The translations under genes were made by a program, and so were the position numbers. Shown in pieces: positions 1 through 6,112 of a DNA stretch of 64,000 nt. Numbering within the stretch: position 1 is the first letter of the stretch; the number at the start of each line of letters is the position of its first letter. The DNA is from a virus. The stretch lies in IMG/VR virus record IMGVR_UViG_3300037222_000100, positions 32,001 through 96,000 of that record. The stretch is one strand, 5' to 3'. The notes under the pieces were generated by a model, which saw only the letters and a program-made list of their open reading frames with translations, did no database searches and had not been told where the DNA came from.

Positions 1-73
1 AGCCCTTGGCGGGATTCGAACCCGCGCAAACCCGCTTAGGAACCGGGCACTCTGTCCGCTGAGTTACAAGGGC
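1..73 (-). tRNA. tRNA-Arg(CCT)
   Basis: Cloverleaf GCCCTTG/CAAGGGC, anticodon loop TT-CCT-AA, T-loop GTTCGAATC. Lies at the window edge. Confidence 0.9.
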
Positions 74-84
74 GTACTACGAAG

Positions 85-490
85 TGGACCCTGTGGGAAT
101 CGAACCCACGTCTCCGGCATTCGTATTGCGTTACTATCTAGCAGCTTTGGGACAGGCTTGGCCCGTCTCCACCACTCGGTTTACGTCCGAGAACGGCACC
201 GGGCCGAAGCCCGACTGATGCACCACCTGGTTTGAGTCCAGGAACTTGTCGCGGGGTGCTACCAACCGTTTTCTGTTCCGAGGCGTACGGTGACCCGGCT
301 CTGACTAAACCAGAGCGAGAGTTGCCTCGCGAGCCGAGAGCGACGGGGAGTGCCCCGGTACGGGGTCTTCCATGAAGCTCGCGGGGATCGCGAGGGTGTC
401 TGTGTTGCCTGTTATGGCTTGTGTCAGGTAGGTGTGACGACCGCTGCGTAACAACAACCGAGTCTTACCAGATCGATACCTGTAAGGCCC
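85..490 (-). ncRNA. ssrA: tmRNA
   Basis: 5' GGGCCTTACAGGTATCGA pairs with 3' GTGGGTTCGATTCCCACAGGGTCCA, giving an Ala acceptor stem with G3:U70 and a T-arm. Internal resume context ATAACA-GGC; length 406 nt. Confidence 0.92.
305..409 (-). CDS. tmRNA tag peptide (A)GNTDTLAIPASFMEDPVPGHSPSLSAREATLALV
   Basis: Open frame from GGC after ATAACA to TAG at 305-307, with a hydrophobic C-terminus. Confidence 0.75.
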   Translation of the reverse strand, partial: GNTDTLAIPASFMEDPVPGHSPSLSAREATLALV

Positions 491-504
491 ATGCGGGGGC
501 GAGG

Positions 505-629
505 CTAGATAGCACCCCGCCCGCCGATGCTACTCGACTAACTGGGTACTGCCTGGATCACCCCCTGTAAGTTGAAGGACAAGGTAACCTCAGATGGCCC
601 GTCTAGAAAGGGCGAAGTCAGCTACCTAG
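505..629 (-). ncRNA. putative structured ncRNA (closed by 9-bp helix)
   Basis: CTAGGTAGC pairs with GCTATCTAG (G:U on the minus strand). Occupies most of the Val-tmRNA spacer. Confidence 0.4.
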
Positions 630-701
630 TAGACGATACTGGATTCGAACCAGTGACTTCCACGTTGTCACCGTGGCGCTCTCCCACTGAGCTAATCGTC
701 T
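630..701 (-). tRNA. tRNA-Val(GAC)
   Basis: Cloverleaf; CCACG-GT-GAC-AA-CGTGG. Confidence 0.93.
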
Positions 702-771
702 AGGCTGCCCGTTGCCACTGGTAGTCTAGTCCAGATGCCGGGCTCTCCACAGGCATTCAACCTGGGAGCAG

Positions 772-842
772 TACTCGGTGAAGGAATCGAACCTTCGTCG
801 TCACGGTGTAAACGTGATGCTAAACCACTCAGCTAACCGAGC
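772..842 (-). tRNA. tRNA-Val(TAC)
   Basis: Cloverleaf; TCACG-TT-TAC-AC-CGTGA. Confidence 0.92.
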
Positions 843-898
843 ATGTGCCCGCCCACAGAGGGACAGGCATCGCACGCCGGGCGAACCCTAAACGTGAG

Positions 899-972
899 CG
901 GGACCTACCGGACTCGAACCGGCGACCTCTGCCGTGACAGGGCAGCGCTCTAACCAACTGAGCTAAGGACCC
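899..972 (-). tRNA. tRNA-Asp(GTC)
   Basis: Cloverleaf; CTGCC-CT-GTC-AC-GGCAG. Confidence 0.95.
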
Positions 973-1051
973 AAGGGTGCCCCTGCGGGAGTCATCGTAT
1001 TGGGGATGACGGGCAGGGGACTTGTATGCAATTGGCCGATCTAGTCGGCAG

Positions 1052-1116
1052 CGGGGCGAGAAGGAATCGAACCCTCGCCTGCGGGTTTGGAATCCGCAGG
1101 TCCATCCAGGCGTCCC
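1052..1116 (-). tRNA. atypical or degenerate tRNA-Trp(CCA)
   Basis: Good T-arm and anticodon arm (TT-CCA-AA), but a vestigial D-arm and two acceptor-stem mismatches; 65 nt. Confidence 0.5.
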
Positions 1117-1124
1117 GATTACTT

Positions 1125-1526
1125 TTACTGCGCAATCCCGCAAGCGGTCTTGATTTCGTCAATGATGTTCAGTGGAACGTGAGAAATCTGTTCAAATTCT
1201 GTAGCCGTGTAGAGAGCGGTAAGATGTTCCGTGGAACAGATGGCCTGCTGTTCAGTAAGAATGGGGGTCTTTTCCTTTTCGATCTTCCTCCGAAGTTCAA
1301 GGCTTCGTGTCGAAGACCAGGAACCTTCCTTACCAAGAAATCCTTCGCCTTGCTTAGGATGGGGTACGGCTACAGCTTCCTTCTGAAGTTCCTTTGAGGC
1401 GTGCGTCAAGCCACTCGTAAGTGCATTGACTACACGTTCCCGCTCAACTTCGTATCCAGCGAAGAAGCCAATACCACCTGCGACTAGCACTGCTACGACG
1501 ATGAGGAGCTTCGCTTTGGTTGTCAT
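1125..1526 (-). CDS. membrane-anchored hypothetical protein
   Basis: N-terminal hydrophobic helix LLIVVAVLVAGGIGFFAGY; has its own leaderless promoter. Confidence 0.75.
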   Translation of the reverse strand: MTTKAKLLIVVAVLVAGGIGFFAGYEVERERVVNALTSGLTHASKELQKEAVAVPHPKQGEGFLGKEGSWSSTRSLELRRKIEKEKTPILTEQQAICSTEHLTALYTATEFEQISHVPLNIIDEIKTACGIAQ

Positions 1527-1532
1527 GCCCGT

Positions 1533-1561
1533 AGTCTACCGAACCACCGCTTGCTTGTCAA
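1533..1561 (-). promoter_or_regulatory. sigma70/SigA-type promoter, leaderless
   Basis: TTGACA-17nt-TAGACT, ATG 6 nt downstream. Confidence 0.8.
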
Positions 1562-1562
1562 G

Positions 1563-1631
1563 CGGGAGATCGAGGAATCGAACCCCGTCCTAGAGTTTTG
1601 GAGGCTCCTTGGCTGCCATAGCCTATCTCCC
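1563..1631 (-). tRNA. tRNA-Trp(CCA)
   Basis: GGGAGAT/ATCTCCC acceptor stem, CT-CCA-AA loop, T-arm; short D-arm. Confidence 0.85.
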
Positions 1632-1952
1632 TCGTTGATACGTGCGCTCCCTGTGACAATTGGCGCAGACGACTTCGCACTTGGCGATCTCTGCCTTGAT
1701 TGTATCCCATGCCGCTGCAATCTTGGCAAAGCGGCTAACCTCACATCTCTTCTCTCCGCGTACATGATCGAACTCCATCACGTAGTAGGGGTAGGCCACC
1801 TTGCAATCAGCACATGGGCGATCCTTGGCCTCACGGATGAGACGCTTCTGAGCCTCTATTCTGACCCTTTTACGGGCCAGAAGAACTTCACGATTGTCTT
1901 TCTGGTACTGACGTTGATACTCGATCTTGGCTGTGCCTTCAAGCGCCATCAT
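1623..1952 (-). CDS. HNH endonuclease
   Basis: CADC...FDH...KCEVVCANCH motif. Confidence 0.85.
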   Translation of the reverse strand: MMALEGTAKIEYQRQYQKDNREVLLARKRVRIEAQKRLIREAKDRPCADCKVAYPYYVMEFDHVRGEKRCEVSRFAKIAAAWDTIKAEIAKCEVVCANCHRERTYQRGR

Positions 1953-2071
1953 CAGTTATGTAGGAGAAGGTCATGGTTTTATTTGGTCACCATGACCTTC
2001 ACCCCAAGAGGCCGGAGTCTGACGAAGTACTCGCGGGGTGATCAACTCCCCGACCGCTCCTCGTCCGGCCA

Positions 2072-2143
2072 AGCCAACACTCGGAGTCGAACCGAGTTCT
2101 CTCGCTTACGAAACGAGTGCATCACCAAGAATGCTTTGCTGGC
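2072..2143 (-). tRNA. tRNA-Thr(CGT)
   Basis: Cloverleaf; CTCGT-TT-CGT-AA-GCGAG. Confidence 0.9.
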
Positions 2144-2146
2144 ATA

Positions 2147-2264
2147 GAACACAAGAGAGTGGCCCGGCAAACCCTGGTGACGGCGAAGGGGAGAACACCA
2201 CATTCACCCTTGAACTTCGACCGCAATGGTGTCCACGACATCTACTGGCGGACCTCCTGTGTTC
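2147..2264 (-). ncRNA. putative structured ncRNA (closed by 11-bp helix)
   Basis: GAACACAGGAG/CTCTTGTGTTC terminal helix with internal hairpins; fills the Thr-Thr spacer almost exactly. Confidence 0.55.
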
Positions 2265-2265
2265 A

Positions 2266-2337
2266 AGCCCACGTCGGGAATCGAACCCGAACCTCATCCT
2301 TACCATGGACGCATGCTACCTTTAGCACCACGCGGGC
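2266..2337 (-). tRNA. tRNA-Thr(GGT)
   Basis: Cloverleaf; CGTCC-AT-GGT-AA-GGATG. Confidence 0.9.
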
Positions 2338-2343
2338 ATCAAA

Positions 2344-2391
2344 GACCCGGCCGCATACCCCAGGTACCTGGGACAGAGGCGGGACCGGGCC
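2344..2391 (-). ncRNA. repeated ~48-nt structured RNA element, copy 1
   Basis: GGCCCGGTCCCGCCTCTG-[hairpin]-GTATGCGGCCGGGTC; flanks identical to those at 4038-4086. Confidence 0.65.
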
Positions 2392-2410
2392 GTACAACAG
2401 TCCTGTCCAT

Positions 2411-2538
2411 GAGCCCTACGGCTGACGACAGGAGCGCTCCGTCCGCGATCCCTCTACCGGGGGCCGACCGAGCAATAGGCAAGGAGTAACCCGCCCTGAG
2501 GACGCTAGCGAGGTTAGATCGCGTCCACCACAGGGCTC
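2411..2538 (-). ncRNA. putative structured ncRNA (closed by 11-bp helix)
   Basis: GAGCCCTGTGG/CCGTAGGGCTC plus inner CGCGATCT/GGATCGCG helix. Confidence 0.5.
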
Positions 2539-2567
2539 ACGCCTCGTGTTTCGTGTGTCACTCCTAG

Positions 2568-2641
2568 TCAGGATAGGAGGATTTGAACCTCCGCCCTCTT
2601 CGTTCCGAACGAAGCGCGCTACCAAGCTGCGCCATACCCTG
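2568..2641 (-). tRNA. tRNA-Pro(CGG)
   Basis: Canonical cloverleaf; CTTCG-TT-CGG-AA-CGAAG. Confidence 0.95.
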
Positions 2642-2650
2642 TAGATGCCG

Positions 2651-2786
2651 CATCGGGTAGACAGGTCCTTGCAGAATCCGCCTACGGCCTGGTGGCCGTG
2701 CGCAACTCATTCGGGACCCGTTACTTTCGATGTCCTCCGGGTCATGAGTCCCGTTGGATACGTCCCTCGCGATGGGATTTCCGACA
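2651..2786 (-). ncRNA. putative multi-branch ncRNA
   Basis: Helices TGTCGG/CCGATG, TCCC/GGGA, ACTCAT/ATGAGT, GACCCG/CGGGTC and ACGGCC/GGCCGT. Confidence 0.45.
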
Positions 2787-2787
2787 G

Positions 2788-2882
2788 TGCGCAAGACGGG
2801 ATTCGAACCCGCATTCGCTGGTGTGAAAAACCAGTGCTGTGGAGACTGTTTGACGGCCTCTCTACCGTTCAGCTACTCACGC
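2788..2882 (-). tRNA. tRNA-Glu(TTC) with 23-nt D-loop insertion
   Basis: GCGTGAG/CTTGCGC acceptor stem, CTGGT-TT-TTC-AC-ACCAG, T-arm; D-stem GCTG/CAGC encloses 30 nt. Confidence 0.85.
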
Positions 2883-2945
2883 ATGTGCTGAGCCAGGCTT
2901 GGCCTCAGCGTGGATGGACATTTGAGTCTGCCATCGATCAGACTA

Positions 2946-3017
2946 TCGGGAATGCAGGAGTTGAACCTGCGCTAGAGCGTTCCAAACGCCCGGTGCGGCC
3001 ACCAACACTTATCCCCG
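2946..3017 (-). tRNA. tRNA-Pro(TGG)
   Basis: Cloverleaf; GGGCG-TT-TGG-AA-CGCTC. Confidence 0.88.
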
Positions 3018-3060
3018 TAGTCGGCACGGGTTACCATGCCGAGGTCATACCGGTTGCTAC

Positions 3061-3363
3061 TTATTCGACAGGCGGCTCGACCGGCGCTGGCGGAGTTACT
3101 GCATCGTCAAGTGCAGTCGTGTTCGCCTCAACCTGAGATGTGCTTGCCGTGACCGTCGTCGTAGCCGCATCGACTGCGGCCTGAGTTGGGTCGTTCGTGA
3201 TCTTGTCAACGGCTGCGGTGACGGCCGTCGTGTTAGCCGCTACAGCGGCTTCGTTGGCGGCAACTGCCGCCGTGAGTGCATCGGTGTTTGCCACTAGCTT
3301 CCTCTGTTCTCGTAGTAGTTGCTCCAAAATCTCATGCTGAGATTTATGGCGTCTGTATTCCAA
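3061..3363 (-). CDS. Ala/Thr-rich coiled-coil hypothetical protein
   Basis: AAGGAGG SD before TTG at 3363 (alternative GTG at 3294). The longer ORF-track start overlaps tRNA-Ala. Confidence 0.7.
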   Translation of the reverse strand: MEYRRHKSQHEILEQLLREQRKLVANTDALTAAVAANEAAVAANTTAVTAAVDKITNDPTQAAVDAATTTVTASTSQVEANTTALDDAVTPPAPVEPPVE

Positions 3364-3389
3364 TAGACCCTCCTTGATTGGATGGGCAG

Positions 3390-3462
3390 TGGACCTGGAG
3401 GGACTTGAACCCTCTACCTCCTGCTTGCAAGGCAGGCGCTCTCCCAGATGAGCTACAGGCCC
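3390..3462 (-). tRNA. tRNA-Ala(TGC)
   Basis: Canonical cloverleaf with G3:U70. Confidence 0.96.
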
Positions 3463-3512
3463 ATACGGCACCCCTGTTCTGAGCCTTTATCTCTCAGCCA
3501 GGTGATGCCAAA

Positions 3513-3584
3513 TGCCCCCGTGGAGAATCGAACTCCAGCATCCGGGGTAAAAGCCCGGCGGTCTACCACTAACCATACGGAGGC
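3513..3584 (-). tRNA. tRNA-Lys(TTT)
   Basis: Cloverleaf; CCGGG-CT-TTT-AC-CCCGG. Confidence 0.9.
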
Positions 3585-3693
3585 GAAGGCCCAGACCAGA
3601 GCGTAGACGCTTCAATGCTTTCGGCTCCACGTCTACGGTTAGCCTGGGGTGCTGCATCATACTCGTGTGTCGTTTGCCGGAGTCATGTCCGGA

Positions 3694-3768
3694 TGCGGCC
3701 CGTGGGACTCGAACCCACAAGCGACACGTTCTAAGCGTGCCAGGTATACCAATTCCCGTCAGAGCCGC
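3694..3768 (-). tRNA. tRNA-Leu(TAG), short variable arm
   Basis: GCACG-CT-TAG-AA-CGTGT; 75 nt. Confidence 0.9.
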
Positions 3769-3772
3769 GTGT

Positions 3773-3873
3773 CCTCCTGCTCTCGATGCTAGGAGGGGTA
3801 CTCTTCTGTATTCATTCTTCGACATCGAGAGCGTGCCGTCCCATCAACTCCCTGATTGGGTGGGCTAGGGAGG
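3773..3873 (-). ncRNA. putative three-way-junction ncRNA
   Basis: CCTCC/GGAGG closing helix and a perfect 10-bp GCTCTCGATG/CATCGAGAGC helix. Confidence 0.4.
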
Positions 3874-3906
3874 CCATCGGTCTTACACCCTAAAGACGAT
3901 TCTTGA

Positions 3907-3989
3907 TGCGCAGGGAGGGAGTCGAACCCTCACGAGCTTTCGCCCACCACGTCCTCAACGTGGCGTGTCTACCATTCCACCACCAGCGC
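3907..3989 (-). tRNA. tRNA-Leu(GAG)
   Basis: Cloverleaf with long variable arm; CCACG-TT-GAG-GA-CGTGG. Confidence 0.93.
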
Positions 3990-3997
3990 GGGTGATT

Positions 3998-4026
3998 ATC
4001 ATAATGCCTCGCATACGCGAGGGCAA
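3998..4026 (-). promoter_or_regulatory. internal promoter of the tRNA operon
   Basis: TTGCCC-17nt-TATGAT just upstream of tRNA-Leu(GAG); an inverted repeat lies in the spacer. Confidence 0.55.
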
Positions 4027-4037
4027 AATTTTTCAAG

Positions 4038-4086
4038 GACCCGGCCGCATACTCTGTCCATGGACGAGCAGAGGCGGGACCGGGCC
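4038..4086 (-). ncRNA. repeated ~48-nt structured RNA element, copy 2
   Basis: Same flanks as 2344-2391, with a different but still pairing apical hairpin. Confidence 0.65.
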
Positions 4087-4093
4087 ACTACAG

Positions 4094-4171
4094 TGCCAGC
4101 GGAAGGAATCGAACCTTCTTGCCGAGGCCACGGGTTTACAATCCGCTATCACTCCATGTGATCTCGCTGGC
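4094..4171 (-). tRNA. tRNA-Tyr(GTA)
   Basis: GCCAGCG/CGCTGGC acceptor stem, TT-GTA-AA loop, variable arm. Confidence 0.88.
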
Positions 4172-4176
4172 ATGCT

Positions 4177-4290
4177 AGTTGGGTCCTTGATCTCCGGGCG
4201 CGATCCGACGAGCAACTTGATCCCACGCCACTACGCGTTTCGGGATCATGCGGTATGGTTACCGCTGCACTCAAGGGGTTTGCCCCAACT
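4177..4290 (-). ncRNA. putative ncRNA: bulged long stem plus three hairpins
   Basis: AGTTGGG/CCCAACT and CCTTGA/TCAAGG close GCGGT/ACCGC, TGATCCC/GGGATCA and a third hairpin. Confidence 0.55.
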
Positions 4291-4367
4291 TGGAAGGCGT
4301 TGAATATGTACGGTGCCTTCTGTGCCGTTCGACGGGGACTATAGCAGATGCTCTGCTTCCCGTCTAG

Positions 4368-4440
4368 AGCCCCGTTCGGGAGTCGAACCCGATGATCGCG
4401 CTTTAGAAGAGCGCTGCCTTTTCCGTTTGGCTTACGAGGC
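4368..4440 (-). tRNA. tRNA-Arg(TCT)
   Basis: Cloverleaf; GCGCT-CT-TCT-AA-AGCGC. Confidence 0.92.
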
Positions 4441-4448
4441 GTAGCCGA

Positions 4449-4602
4449 TGATAACACATCTCCCTGCTGAAACAACAAGAGCCCCGAAGATTTTCTTCGG
4501 AGCCCCTAGATTGGCCTACTTCTGGCGCGTCTAGGGACTAAGGGCCGACCGTTTCTCCGGCCTGCTTGGCGTGGTCATTCAGTTTGGGGGACAAATACAT
4601 CA
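4449..4602 (-). ncRNA. putative ncRNA at operon 5' end: long stem plus three hairpins
   Basis: 5' segment pairs imperfectly with 3' segment, enclosing GGCCG/CGGCC, CCCTAGA/TCTAGGG and GCTCCGAAG/CTTCGGGGC hairpins. Confidence 0.5.
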
Positions 4603-4608
4603 TCACGT

Positions 4609-4638
4609 ATTCTAGCACGGGGTCCCCCTTAGTTTCAA
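4609..4638 (-). promoter_or_regulatory. main promoter of the RNA operon
   Basis: TTGAAA-18nt-TAGAAT with extended -10 TG. Confidence 0.7.
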
Positions 4639-4690
4639 GGGTCCTCGGCGAAAACTTTTGCCGAAACAATTCTGAGGCGAAAGTTTGGGC

Positions 4691-4879
4691 TCAGCCCTCG
4701 GCCCAATATCTCACGTAGCGCTCGCGAAGCTCCCCCTCGGAACGCACGTCCTGATACCCGGTGGCCTCATCGATCAGAGCGTCCATCCCGACCTTGGCTT
4801 GGGCCATTAGCTCGCGACGATTTGATGGCTCGCACCACTCGCAGTCGCAGCATTCTTCATGGGGCAGTGGCTCAGGCAC
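4691..4879 (-). CDS. small hypothetical protein (P63C-like DEATGYQ motif)
   Basis: GTG overlaps the end of the ligase gene; CCDCEWC and ALIDEATGYQ motifs. Confidence 0.5.
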   Translation of the reverse strand: MPEPLPHEECCDCEWCEPSNRRELMAQAKVGMDALIDEATGYQDVRSEGELRERYVRYWAEG

Positions 4880-5594
4880 CGTGCTCCTTACCCTTGTCGT
4901 CGCCCTTGATCGTCGCCTTGAAGAGGGAGTTGCTGTGCTTGTGGTAGAGGACGACACCCTCCGGGTCCATGAAGCCCGGTGCTGCTCGCGACCCATCATC
5001 CTCCAAGGATGCGAGCGCTCCGATCACCGCATCCACCGCGAAGGTATCAGCTTCCGCCAGAACGGGCACAACATGACAACACTTTGGTCGAGGATTGACG
5101 ATCACCGTCTCGCCAAATCCGTTCGCCTCCTCGTACTCGCCCCACCGGGAGACGTTGAAGAGGCTAAAGCGCTTCTCGTCCAAGCCATATTTGCGCTGGA
5201 TGCCAGAGCCCCACCACTCACCGAAGTGAACGCCGACTCCGAGGCCAGCCGCTAGCTTGTGTGCGTTCTCGCGGACCCACTTGGCAAAGCCGAAGTTGTC
5301 CTGCTCCGGGCTGATGACTTGCTTGCGCGACTGCGCGTAGACATACACGGGGTCCCATCCATCGAAATGTCCTTCGAAGGGGGCCTTGTTCACGACGATG
5401 CCAGGACCGACGATCTCGTCCGCACCGTAGCCGTACAGAGATGTCTCGCTGACAACGACCGCCGAGTTGGTGCCGTCGATCTTCTCCGTGATCACGATGG
5501 GACGGAAGAGCCTGCTGATCTTCGGGAACTCAGTGAAGGATGCCTCCGGAACGAAAGACTCCTCCGGGACGCGCACATGTGCCAGTCCGGTCAT
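4872..5594 (-). CDS. RNA ligase (Rnl2-like nucleotidyltransferase)
   Basis: Motif I TEKIDGTN, FGEW, PEGVV and LFK; start re-set to the ATG overlapping the upstream stop. Confidence 0.9.
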   Translation of the reverse strand: MTGLAHVRVPEESFVPEASFTEFPKISRLFRPIVITEKIDGTNSAVVVSETSLYGYGADEIVGPGIVVNKAPFEGHFDGWDPVYVYAQSRKQVISPEQDNFGFAKWVRENAHKLAAGLGVGVHFGEWWGSGIQRKYGLDEKRFSLFNVSRWGEYEEANGFGETVIVNPRPKCCHVVPVLAEADTFAVDAVIGALASLEDDGSRAAPGFMDPEGVVLYHKHSNSLFKATIKGDDKGKEHGA

Positions 5595-6112
5595 TCGCCT
5601 GCCTCCCAGGTCACGCCACACATACCCTCCTCGTCCTCAATCTGGAGGGTGTCGAGCAGAAGCCACTCAACTGCGATGCTTGCGGGCGTGACACAACTCT
5701 CTTCCTTCATGCGCTCCAGAACATCCTCTGGCGTTGGGTGCGCAGGTCCATCGCCTTCCGGCCAGATGTCATCCTCGCTCAGGACCACGGCCGGAAACTT
5801 GATCGCGAAGGTCCGTTCGTCAGGTACCCGACCCTCTACGCCCCGCGTCTCTAGCATGTCACGAAACGCTGCGACATGATCGGTGCTCTGATGGAGTCCG
5901 AAGGTATCCTCATCCTCCCCAAGCCCGATAGTCACCCGAGAGGGATCAGCGAGACGTTCAGTTGCCGTGATCAGCTTAGCCAGCACCGGACTGAGCTTCT
6001 TGATTCCCTCGTTCAGGAATCGACCGGCCTCCGGCTCGCATGACTCGCGCAACCTTGTGCGTGCCTCTCGCGCAAGCGCGAGGACATCGCCTCCTGCATC
6101 TTCGAGTGACAT
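5591..6112 (-). CDS. hypothetical protein
   Basis: Translationally coupled on both sides. Confidence 0.7.
   Translation of the reverse strand: MSLEDAGGDVLALAREARTRLRESCEPEAGRFLNEGIKKLSPVLAKLITATERLADPSRVTIGLGEDEDTFGLHQSTDHVAAFRDMLETRGVEGRVPDERTFAIKFPAVVLSEDDIWPEGDGPAHPTPEDVLERMKEESCVTPASIAVEWLLLDTLQIEDEEGMCGVTWEAGE

Noticed and set aside
2019-2070. CTGACGA resembling a hammerhead ribozyme core
   Set aside because: It is on the non-transcribed strand and no GAAA follows a stem II.
2344-4086. Theta/HDV-like ribozyme or CRISPR interpretation of the repeated element
   Set aside because: The helices are nested rather than double-pseudoknotted, and two copies 1.7 kb apart do not form a repeat-spacer array.
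4368-4440. Possible amber suppressor (CTA within the anticodon loop CTTCTAA)
   Set aside because: The 5-bp stem centres TCT (Arg), and TAG is used as a normal stop codon throughout the window, so there is no sign of recoding.
829-4478. Many ORF-track entries across the RNA operon (e.g. 829-1143, 1551-2147, 2645-3136, 3487-3825)
   Set aside because: They overlap clear tRNA genes or are antisense to them, and lack SD sequences or protein motifs.
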